Of a DNA stretch of 64,000 bases, positions 56,494 through 64,000 are shown one piece after another. The stretch spans positions 4,055 to 68,054 of the forward strand of contig LBWP01000004.1 of assembly GCA_000993685.1 (NCBI GenBank). Direction: 5' to 3'. Under the pieces are notes generated by a model. It worked only from the letters and a program-made list of their open reading frames with translations, was not told the origin of the DNA and did no database searches. Every line of letters starts with the position of its first letter. Position 1 is the stretch's first letter. The stretch is from Candidatus Woesebacteria bacterium GW2011_GWA1_39_21 (lineage in GTDB: Bacteria; Patescibacteriota; Microgenomatia; UBA8517). The position numbers and the translations under genes are program-made.

Positions 56494-58428
56494 ATGGAAA
56501 AAATTCTTAAAGGTTTAAACGACAAGCAGAAGGAAGCAGTGACGTTTACTGGTAATTCACTTCTTGTTCTTGCAGGGGCAGGAAGCGGAAAAACTAAAGT
56601 CTTAACACACCGCGCAGCTTTTATCGTTTCGCAAAAACTCGCAGAACCGCAAAATCTTCTTCTTTTAACCTTCACTAATAAAGCCGCCAGCGAGATGAAA
56701 CAGAGAATTGGTAATTTGCTTATAACCCACAACTTGCAAGCGTCCTCTCAACCGTTCGCAGGAACTTTTCATTCTTTTTGCGCAAGACTGCTTAGGATTG
56801 ACGGGCAGCGCATTGGGATCCCCCGCAATTTTATAATCTACGACGACAATGACCAAAAGGATGTTGTCGGTCAAATCATTCGAGAGCTTGATTTGCCAAA
56901 AGAGTATTACAATGCCGGATCAATTTCTTCACAAATTTCAGAAGCAAAAACAATGATGCTAACACCTCTTGAATATGCGGAGGTCGTCACGGGTAGAAAT
57001 CAAGACAAGATTTTCCAGATATATGACCTATATGAAAAAGAGTTAAAAAAAGCTGGCGCTCTTGATTTTGACGACCTGCTTTTACGTGGTGTCAAGCTTC
57101 TCGACAGTGACAAGGAAATGCTTGATAAATGGCAAAACAAACTGACAAACATTTTTGTCGACGAGTGGCAGGACACAAATAAAATTCAATACAAACTAAC
57201 AAAACTTCTCGTGGGCGACAGAAAAAATTTAACAGCTGTTGGTGATGCATCGCAAAGTGTTTACTCCTGGCGTGGGGCGGATTATAGAAATATTACCTAT
57301 CTGATGAGGGATTATCCAACAATAAAAGTTGTCAACTTGGAACAAAACTATCGCTCGACACAGACAATTCTTGATGCTGCAAATAGTGTTATCAAAAGGA
57401 ATACCTCACATCCCATTTTGTCACTTTGGACAAACAAAATGGGCGGAGACAAAATTAGGCTTTATCATGCCCGCAACGAACTTGATGAGGCTGATTTCGT
57501 CGTCCAACAGATAGATAAGTTGATTACACAAGGATACGAGTTTAAAAACATCTGCCTCTTGTACCGAACCAATGCCCAATCACGTGTTTTGGAAGAAGCG
57601 CTTCTTCACAATTCAATCCCCTATGTTCTAGTTGGCGGCGTTCGGTTCTACGAACGGAAAGAGGTCAAAGATGTCCTGGCATACTTGAGGCTTTTTGCCA
57701 ACCCAAAAGACCGGGTCTCAAGAAAGCGTCTTGAGAAACTGGGTGCTAGACGACTTGAAAAGTTTGAGGCGTTGGCGAACGAATTACAGGCTGGATCCAA
57801 AAAAGACAAAAAAATACTTGACCAACTTACAACCTTGGAAATTTTGGATGCAATTCTTCAAAAAGTAGACTACCTGTCCAAATATAAAATTGAGAGCGAA
57901 GAGAATCTGGCGCGTTTGGAGAATATCAAAGAGCTGCGATCTGTTGCTATGGAATTTCCAAACCTCTATGAATTTCTAGAAAACGTTGCGCTGATCGAAG
58001 CCGAACAGCTTGACACCGGAAAAATTCGTCGACGGACCGCTGAACAAGAGAATAAAAACGCTGTCACGCTTATGACTCTGCATGCCGCAAAAGGACTTGA
58101 GTTTAACGTCGTTTTTATTGTCGGTATGGAAGAAGGGCTTTTTCCACATTCGCGCTCCCTATTTGATTTAACTCAGCTCGAAGAAGAAAGGCGCCTTTGT
58201 TATGTTGGCATCACCAGAACTAAAGACATTTTATACCTAACCTACGCAGGAAAAAGACTTTTCTTCGGACAAAAATCGTCAAACCCACCTTCACGATTTA
58301 TTATCGACATCCCCGAGGAATTGCTGACTGATGTTGGAGATAGGCTTGGTCATAATCTCCAAAGCGACAATAATTTTAGTTTTGACGATATTGACAAAAT
58401 TGATAACGACGACGATTTAAATTTTTAA
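56494..58428 (+). CDS. pcrA: ATP-dependent DNA helicase PcrA/UvrD (SF1A).
   Basis: Motif I AGAGSGKT, motif II VDEWQDTN, motif III GDASQSVYSWRGA, motif IV YRS, motif V TLHAAKGLEF and motif VI VGITRTK. Confidence 0.92.
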   Translation: MEKILKGLNDKQKEAVTFTGNSLLVLAGAGSGKTKVLTHRAAFIVSQKLAEPQNLLLLTFTNKAASEMKQRIGNLLITHNLQASSQPFAGTFHSFCARLLRIDGQRIGIPRNFIIYDDNDQKDVVGQIIRELDLPKEYYNAGSISSQISEAKTMMLTPLEYAEVVTGRNQDKIFQIYDLYEKELKKAGALDFDDLLLRGVKLLDSDKEMLDKWQNKLTNIFVDEWQDTNKIQYKLTKLLVGDRKNLTAVGDASQSVYSWRGADYRNITYLMRDYPTIKVVNLEQNYRSTQTILDAANSVIKRNTSHPILSLWTNKMGGDKIRLYHARNELDEADFVVQQIDKLITQGYEFKNICLLYRTNAQSRVLEEALLHNSIPYVLVGGVRFYERKEVKDVLAYLRLFANPKDRVSRKRLEKLGARRLEKFEALANELQAGSKKDKKILDQLTTLEILDAILQKVDYLSKYKIESEENLARLENIKELRSVAMEFPNLYEFLENVALIEAEQLDTGKIRRRTAEQENKNAVTLMTLHAAKGLEFNVVFIVGMEEGLFPHSRSLFDLTQLEEERRLCYVGITRTKDILYLTYAGKRLFFGQKSSNPPSRFIIDIPEELLTDVGDRLGHNLQSDNNFSFDDIDKIDNDDDLNF

Positions 58429-58549
58429 TCGATAGATACTCTTTCTCATCACCGTGACTTTAGTTAGCTATGTAGTTTAATAATTTTGAGTTTCAGGTTT
58501 GACCTTTGAATTATAAGTTTTGAATTCTCCTTTGTTGTATCATATAAGC

Positions 58550-59614
58550 ATGAGCTTCAGACTAGCTACAAATTCCGAAAAAGAGCAATTCGATAAAATG
58601 GCCGTTCACCCACTGCAAACCTGGGAATGGGGAGAATTCAGACGCAAAGCGGGTAACGATATTATTAGATTCGTCAACGCTCACAAAAAAAACCTTATTG
58701 ATTCCTACACTCTAATCATTCATAAACTACCTTTTGGCAAATACAAAATCGGAACACTTATCAAATGTCCACACCCAACAAGAGAACTTTTCCCTTTCCT
58801 AAAAAAAATTGCCATCGAGAATAATTTAATTTTTATCAAACTGGAACCAAACGTTATTATTGATCCAAAATTCAAAGGTCAAAATTCAAAATTACAATTA
58901 AAAAATAAAAATGAGTGGACGAGCTGGCTTCAAAATTACGGTTGCGTTAGAGGGAAAACCCTCTTTACCCCAACCTCCTTCTGGATCGACCTGACAAAAT
59001 CCGAGTCAGATCTTTTAAAATCCTTTTCATCAAAGACGCGCTATAACATCCGCCTTGCTGAAAAACACGGCGTAAAAGTGACAGAGGACAATTCTTCAGA
59101 AGCTTTTGAGAAATATTTACAACTGACTTTTGAGACAGCGCATCGGCAAGGCTTTTATGCACATACACAAAAGTATCACAAGCTAATGTGGAAATATTTA
59201 AACTTACAACCCACAACTTACAACCTACAGCCCGTTGCCCACTTATTAACTGCAAAATATGAAGGCGAGATTATAACTACATGGATTTTATTTGTCTGGA
59301 AAGATTTTCTCTACTATCCATACGGCGCATCATCTGATAAACACAAAAATGTTATGGCAAATAACTTGGTTATGTGGGAGGCAATCAAACTCGGTAAGAA
59401 AATGGGGCTCACCACTTTTGATCTTTGGGGCAGGGAAGAGGGTAAAGGTTTCACCAAATTCAAAGAAGGCTATAATCCCCAAGTTGTGGAATTTTTGGGA
59501 AGTTGGGATTTTATTGTCAACAAACCACTCTATTATTGTTACCGTATAGTGGAATATTTAAGATGGAAAATCCTAAAATTACCAGCTTGGATAAAACACA
59601 AACTATCAAAATGA
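58550..59614 (+). CDS. FemAB-family aminoacyl-tRNA-dependent peptidoglycan bridge-formation protein (FemX/MurM-like).
   Basis: HPLQTWEWGEF near the N-terminus and the C-terminal YGASSDKHKNVMANNLVMWEAIKLGKKMGLTTFDLWG match the FemAB GNAT-like domains. Start chosen at the second Met. Confidence 0.65.
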   Translation: MSFRLATNSEKEQFDKMAVHPLQTWEWGEFRRKAGNDIIRFVNAHKKNLIDSYTLIIHKLPFGKYKIGTLIKCPHPTRELFPFLKKIAIENNLIFIKLEPNVIIDPKFKGQNSKLQLKNKNEWTSWLQNYGCVRGKTLFTPTSFWIDLTKSESDLLKSFSSKTRYNIRLAEKHGVKVTEDNSSEAFEKYLQLTFETAHRQGFYAHTQKYHKLMWKYLNLQPTTYNLQPVAHLLTAKYEGEIITTWILFVWKDFLYYPYGASSDKHKNVMANNLVMWEAIKLGKKMGLTTFDLWGREEGKGFTKFKEGYNPQVVEFLGSWDFIVNKPLYYCYRIVEYLRWKILKLPAWIKHKLSK

Positions 59615-59889
59615 ACATCTATTTACTCACACTTTCTCTCGGCGTTATCCTGGGGTTTATTACAGGAAAAATGTGGTCGAATACGTTCTATAAACTCCAA
59701 AAAATGATAACCCATAAAACATTTTTGAAAAATTATCATATTCACCATAGTCTTGGTGGGTTAATTATTTCATTATTAGCTGTCATAATTTTAAATAACT
59801 GGTTGGAAACAATTATTGTTGGATTGGGCATTGGCATGTTAATTGAACATACGATTTCCAACGGATTTGTATTTCTAACAAAAAAATAG
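59611..59889 (+). CDS. Small hypothetical membrane protein (2-3 TM).
   Basis: ATGA overlap with the FemAB-like gene stop; MNIYLLTLSLGVILGFITG… and …GGLIISLLAVIILNNWLETIIVGLGIGMLI. Confidence 0.45.
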   Translation: MNIYLLTLSLGVILGFITGKMWSNTFYKLQKMITHKTFLKNYHIHHSLGGLIISLLAVIILNNWLETIIVGLGIGMLIEHTISNGFVFLTKK

Positions 59890-59890
59890 T

Positions 59891-60154
59891 ATGAAAGTTA
59901 TTGAAAAGAAAACTTGGCCGGAACTTTTTGAAAAAGTAAAAAACCATCAGAAAAATTTTGATGTCCGACTCGCCGATTTTAAATGCCAACCGGGAGATGT
60001 TTTAGTTTTAAAAGAATGGGATCCAAAGGTTGAAAGTTACACAGGAAGAGTTATCAAAAGAAAGGTGAAATTTGTTATCAATACCAAAGAATTAGAAAAG
60101 TTCTGGAAAAAATCTGAAATTAAAAAAAATGGATTTCAAGTAATGGGATTTTAA
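59891..60154 (+). CDS. ASCH/PUA-like small domain protein (DUF3850-like).
   Basis: 87 aa; KTWPELFEKVKNHQKNFDVRLADFKCQPGDVLVLKEWDP…YTGR fits the small ASCH-like (DUF3850) pattern. Confidence 0.45.
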   Translation: MKVIEKKTWPELFEKVKNHQKNFDVRLADFKCQPGDVLVLKEWDPKVESYTGRVIKRKVKFVINTKELEKFWKKSEIKKNGFQVMGF

Positions 60155-60163
60155 ATTAAATCT

Positions 60164-60748
60164 ATGGACAACACGTTTACAGAATCTGAGATAACCCCAG
60201 AGGGTTACCTAAAGCTTAAGGTTGACAAAATTAAAGGTTCAGGCTTGGCTACTAGTATAAAGGACGAATGTCTGTCATCTGAAGAATTATTACCATCTGA
60301 CAAAAATGGATTGGTAATTGCTTCGGGAAACTCAACAGAAAAATGGCGGGGAAAAGGATGGAAGACGTTAGATATCGACCGGAGTAATTACCCCGATTTC
60401 CCAATTGACATCAGACACATGGACGAGCAAATTAAACCTGATTCTTTTGATTATATCCTCCTCGATGGGTTACCAATGAATAAAAATGGAGGGGTCGAAC
60501 TTGAGACAGTAATACAGCAAACAAGAAACGCTTTAAAAAATGGTGGAAAACTTTTTTTCCAAACTTCCATAGACGACGAGGGTTATTCTCGCCTACCAAC
60601 TGAAAATGAAATAAGTCAGACTTTAATAAAAAATGGATTTGGGTTTGAAGGTTCAAAATCTGGACCAATACAGATATTAGACCAAAACGGCACACCTGTT
60701 GAAACGTATCGTTCTGCTCAATTTTTTGCCGAAAAGCTAGTTCGATAA
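60164..60748 (+). CDS. Hypothetical protein, possibly a degenerate Rossmann / methyltransferase-like fold.
   Basis: 194 aa; a weak motif I-like GLVIASGNS, with …LDIDRSNYPDF…DYILLDG… following. No firm family assignment. Confidence 0.4.
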   Translation: MDNTFTESEITPEGYLKLKVDKIKGSGLATSIKDECLSSEELLPSDKNGLVIASGNSTEKWRGKGWKTLDIDRSNYPDFPIDIRHMDEQIKPDSFDYILLDGLPMNKNGGVELETVIQQTRNALKNGGKLFFQTSIDDEGYSRLPTENEISQTLIKNGFGFEGSKSGPIQILDQNGTPVETYRSAQFFAEKLVR

Positions 60749-60801
60749 AAATCTGTTTTAAGTATGCAAAAAGTAAATTTTTATCATTCCTCCAAGGCAA
60801 C

Positions 60802-61503
60802 ATGAACTACAGCAAAATAATCAAAAAGTTAAAATCCCTCAAAAACCAGAAAAATATTGATGGGATGGCAAGATTTGGCATTAATCCTAAAAATACTCTC
60901 GGAATTTCAATTTATGATTTGAGGAAAATTGCAAAAGAGATCGGAAAGGATCCCTCCTTCGCCAAGGCTTCGATGGGCAGGCACGAACTCGCACTCAAAC
61001 TTTGGGATTCAGGAATTCATGAAGCAAAAATCTTGGCATCTTTTATCGACGAACCAGATAAAGTTACAGATGCACAGTTGGAAAAGTGGGTTTTGGATTT
61101 CGACTCGTGGGATGTGGTTGACCAAGTTTCAGAGCTTATTGCCCACACACCGTTTGTTGCTAAAAAGATTTTTGAATGGTCAGAACGGAGCGAAGAATTT
61201 GTCAAACGTTCCGCATTTTCTTTAATTGCCGAAGTTTCTTGGTGGGACAAGAAAATAACCGATAAAGAAATTGAGAAATTTTTTCCTGTTATTAAAAAGG
61301 CTGCAACCGATGAGCGAAATTTTGTAAAAAAAGCTGTTAACTGGGCACTACGGAATATCGGAAAAAGAAATAAAAAATTAAACAAGAAAGCAATTAAGGT
61401 GGCGAAAGAGATAGATAAAATTGATGACAAAACCTCCAAGTGGATTGCAAAAGATGCTTTGAGGGAGCTCACTTCCGACAAAATCCAAGCAAGAATCAAG
61501 TAA
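60802..61503 (+). CDS. DNA alkylation repair protein (AlkD/AlkC-like HEAT-repeat glycosylase family).
   Basis: …MARFGINPKNTLGISIYDLRKIAKEIG… and the helical-repeat organisation match the DNA_alkylation (PF08713) family; 233 aa. Confidence 0.7.
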   Translation: MNYSKIIKKLKSLKNQKNIDGMARFGINPKNTLGISIYDLRKIAKEIGKDPSFAKASMGRHELALKLWDSGIHEAKILASFIDEPDKVTDAQLEKWVLDFDSWDVVDQVSELIAHTPFVAKKIFEWSERSEEFVKRSAFSLIAEVSWWDKKITDKEIEKFFPVIKKAATDERNFVKKAVNWALRNIGKRNKKLNKKAIKVAKEIDKIDDKTSKWIAKDALRELTSDKIQARIK

Positions 61504-61518
61504 GTTATTACAAGCAAA

Positions 61519-61995
61519 CTAACTCTTACTCAACAGCTTTCTGATCTTTTCCTTGTTTTTTTCAATCAGTTCTTTCTGTTCTGGAAAAAACATCGGGGGA
61601 AGCTTTTCTAAATCAAACCAACTAAGTTTCAAATCTTTTTCTCCTGGTTCTAACTTTTGTTGACCACTTACCTCTTTCGTCTCAAACAAAAAGTAGTGTG
61701 TTGTTTTCCATTTATCTTTTTCAAAAGTCAGTCTTTCTTTCACTCCCAATTTGCAAATCAACTTCAAATTGTGAAGTCCAGTTTCCTCCACAATTTCTCT
61801 TCTTGCAGTATCTTCAACACCTTCCCCTTTTTCTTGTGCTCCTTTCGGCAACATATAATCTTCGTGATAATCCGTCCCAATCAGGGCAATCATTAGTTTC
61901 CCATTATCCTTTCTGACAACAACCCCGCCTGCAGAAGTGGCAACAGGAAAATTCGGGTCTTTTGGCTTTTCGTACCAACTTTTGTCAATTTTCAT
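61519..61995 (-). CDS. NUDIX hydrolase.
   Basis: Nudix box GAQEKGEGVEDTARREIVEETGL (Gx5Ex7REUxEExGU). Start chosen at MKIDKSW to avoid overlap with the upstream gene (the track start is 62157). Confidence 0.75.
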   Translation of the reverse strand: MKIDKSWYEKPKDPNFPVATSAGGVVVRKDNGKLMIALIGTDYHEDYMLPKGAQEKGEGVEDTARREIVEETGLHNLKLICKLGVKERLTFEKDKWKTTHYFLFETKEVSGQQKLEPGEKDLKLSWFDLEKLPPMFFPEQKELIEKNKEKIRKLLSKS

Positions 61996-64000
61996 CAGTT
62001 TTGCAAAAAAGTTTATATTCGCAATTTTCACAAAGCATATTTCCCGAGCATTTAAACTCAGAACTTTCAATTTCTTCTCTTGCCTTAAATATCTCCTTTT
62101 TAGCTTCCTCCAACTGTTGAGCTGTTCTGACAGTGGAAATTTTTGTCTGCGTTTCAAAAAAATAAAAACTCAAGATAATATCTTCCGGTTTTTTATTAAA
62201 CGGCTTTTCCTTAATATTGGTAGCCGCAATTGCATAAAAAGCCAGCTGTCTTCCAATGTCAGCATTTTTTTCCATCTCTTTTTGCGTGGGTGGTTTTTCA
62301 GAAGTTTTATAGTCAATAAGCTCGATCTTGCCGTTTGGGAATGTATCAACCCTGTCAATTCTTCCGCCAATCTTTAACGGCCGTTCACCATCAGAAACCA
62401 ATGGAATTGTAAATGGCACTTCTGTTCCCTCAACCATATTTTTCGGGTTAAAGCTTTTTTTGTAATAACCTTTTAGATAGTTGGCTCCCCGCTGCTTATT
62501 TTTTTGTTCATGATTTTTACTTTGATATCCTTCGTCTATCCAGTTCTTCTCCAAAAGCTCCATCAAAAGTCTTTCAGACCGTTTGCCGCCCGAACCGACC
62601 AGGCGGTAAAAGTCGCGAAGGGCCGTATGAATTGATGTTCCGAAACTCTGCGCTGATGATGGGGGAGTCGGAAGTTTGTAAATATATTTTAATTTGTAGT
62701 GCAGGGGACAAATGCGAAACGTTTCGATCTGTGAATAAGAAAGGTAATCTATGTGAATTTGTTGTAAGTTACGGGTAGTCGGCTGCAGGTTGGGTAAAGT
62801 CGGCTGATAATCATTAAAACTTAATTGTTCACCTTTTTCTTCCGAAACTTCACTTTTTACCACGCCATCCCCCAATGTTTCAAAAATAAACGGTGACAAT
62901 TTTTTCTCACGTTTGCCTTCGCCGTAAAAGTTTGCTGCAGTTAAATAAAGTTTTTCTTTCGCACGGGTGACGCCAACATAAAAAAGCCGCCTTTCTTCCT
63001 CAAGGTGATAATCGCCTTTCGGCAAGGTTTCTTTAATCAGTTCATCCGGAATGGGAATTTGCTCACGTCTTTGTGTTGTTGGGAATCTCTGACTGACAAG
63101 ATTCACCAAAAAAACAATCGGAAACTCCAACCCTTTTGAGGAATGCACGGTTAAAATATTTACAGCGTTAATCTCTGTCCAATCTGAGTCTGCCGCCAGA
63201 GGAGACTCTCCTAACTCGCTTGCCAAGTCAATCCAATCAACAACCGCCCTCACACCGGCATCTTCGTGCTCGACTTCATAAGTCTTTAATTTATCAAAAA
63301 ACTTTGAAATATTTTTCGCCCGCCGTTCAGCAAGTGGGGTATCGGGGTTTAGAAGCTTTAAAATAAGACCTGTTTCGTTTAAGAAATTGTATAAAATCTG
63401 CCCGGCACTTTCTTTGTTAACAAGTCCCTGCTGATCCGAAATTACTTTGATTAATTTGTCAATTTTTTCTTTGGTCTCATCACTTAAAAAAATATCATCG
63501 ACTTTCTCGCAGGCTTCAAAAAGCGATAAGTTCTTCCACTTTGCATAGTTGGTAATTTTGATTAAATCACGGGCTTCAATTTCAAAATACTCCATGGACA
63601 GTAACCGATACATTGAAACCGAATCCTCAAAATCATATATCACTTTCAAAAAAGAAATTAAATCGACAATCTCTGGCTGCTTGAATAACCGACCAGGACC
63701 TAAAAACTGGTGTGGAATACCGTTTCGAACCAAGGCTCTGATGAACGGATCTGCGTGATTATTCGCCCGCACTAAAATTGCAAAATCTCTAAATTCGTGT
63801 CCACCGCCTTTTACAATTTCAGCTATTTTGTGGGAAACGGCTTCAGCCTCGTTTTCAACGCGGTCTTTATGAATAAGTTTAATTTCAGTATCTTTATACT
63901 TAACTTGCGAAACAAGTTTTTTGTCAATCTTTTCAATAACCTCAAGTCTGTCCGGATTATTAAATTGAATTAAGTTGTAAGCCTTATCCAAAATTTCCTG
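61985..64000 (-). CDS. Helicase-nuclease, 5'-truncated by the window end: a UvrD-like SF1 helicase C-terminal (2A/2B) region fused to a C-terminal RecB-family PD-(D/E)XK nuclease domain with an Fe-S (Cas4/AddB-type) cysteine cluster.
   Basis: Helicase motif V ILTVHSSKGLEFPIVFL and motif VI FYVGVTRAKEKLYL. The nuclease region has CPLHYKL…GGRIDRVD…ELIDYKTS (D…ExK) and the C-terminal C-x6-C-x2-C-x5-C (CSGNMLCENCEYKLFC). The ORF continues beyond base 64000. Confidence 0.8.
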   Translation of the reverse strand, partial: QEILDKAYNLIQFNNPDRLEVIEKIDKKLVSQVKYKDTEIKLIHKDRVENEAEAVSHKIAEIVKGGGHEFRDFAILVRANNHADPFIRALVRNGIPHQFLGPGRLFKQPEIVDLISFLKVIYDFEDSVSMYRLLSMEYFEIEARDLIKITNYAKWKNLSLFEACEKVDDIFLSDETKEKIDKLIKVISDQQGLVNKESAGQILYNFLNETGLILKLLNPDTPLAERRAKNISKFFDKLKTYEVEHEDAGVRAVVDWIDLASELGESPLAADSDWTEINAVNILTVHSSKGLEFPIVFLVNLVSQRFPTTQRREQIPIPDELIKETLPKGDYHLEEERRLFYVGVTRAKEKLYLTAANFYGEGKREKKLSPFIFETLGDGVVKSEVSEEKGEQLSFNDYQPTLPNLQPTTRNLQQIHIDYLSYSQIETFRICPLHYKLKYIYKLPTPPSSAQSFGTSIHTALRDFYRLVGSGGKRSERLLMELLEKNWIDEGYQSKNHEQKNKQRGANYLKGYYKKSFNPKNMVEGTEVPFTIPLVSDGERPLKIGGRIDRVDTFPNGKIELIDYKTSEKPPTQKEMEKNADIGRQLAFYAIAATNIKEKPFNKKPEDIILSFYFFETQTKISTVRTAQQLEEAKKEIFKAREEIESSEFKCSGNMLCENCEYKLFCKTDEN

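Noticed and set aside
1-64000. CRISPR arrays, rRNA genes, transposases or integrases, and prophage structural genes.
   Set aside because: No regularly spaced direct repeats with unique spacers were found, and no rRNA-like conserved blocks. No transposase, integrase or recombinase ORF was found; the only repeats are the small gene-boundary elements described above.

Overview
AT-rich, gene-dense bacterial chromosome segment; most genes are on the minus strand. Housekeeping content: recA and recX, miaA, hup, rny (RNase Y), rnj (RNase J), mltG, ruvX, alaS, ftsK, the nusA-infB-(DHH-like)-rpsO-pnp operon, hrcA-grpE-dnaK with a separate dnaJ, murJ, rpsT, pcrA, and an RNase P RNA gene on the minus strand. 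Accessory content: (1) a type IV pilus cluster at the left end (pilB-pilC, a prepilin-type pilin, and large pilin-like or secreted proteins); (2) a second pilus-assembly cluster (pilN-pilO plus secreted and membrane proteins) at 45.6-48.4 kb; (3) a sortase next to a 754-aa membrane protein; (4) a glycosylation island at 48.4-56.5 kb with two tandem GT-C membrane glycosyltransferase paralogs, a DUF2298/'YYY' membrane protein, a GT4 glycosyltransferase, a SAM methyltransferase and a HAD hydrolase; (5) a 3' accessory region with a FemAB-like protein, an ASCH-like protein, an AlkD-like protein, a NUDIX hydrolase and a partial UvrD-helicase/Fe-S RecB-nuclease gene. Several essential proteins are minimal versions (AlaRS lacking the C-Ala domain, IF-2 lacking its N-terminal region, short HrcA, DnaJ lacking the zinc finger). 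Together with RNase Y/J, sortase and FemAB, this suggests a reduced-genome lineage with Gram-positive-type machinery, possibly CPR/Patescibacteria-like; that placement is inference only. Most notable observations: a gene encoding a LexA-type winged-helix DNA-binding domain fused to a truncated UDP-glucose/GDP-mannose-dehydrogenase-like NAD-binding domain, inserted inside the heat-shock operon; CIRCE operators upstream of both hrcA and dnaJ; a family of at least 5 modular intergenic repeats (~105-160 bp) carrying terminator-like hairpins, several of which supply stop or start codons of neighbouring genes; a Lon homolog reduced to its AAA+ core with a repeat copy exactly at the truncation point; a catalytically degenerate NrnA/DHH-like gene where rbfA/truB would be expected; and a pair of long charged coiled-coil proteins upstream of ftsK and a rodZ-like gene. 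No CRISPR array, rRNA or convincing tRNA was seen.
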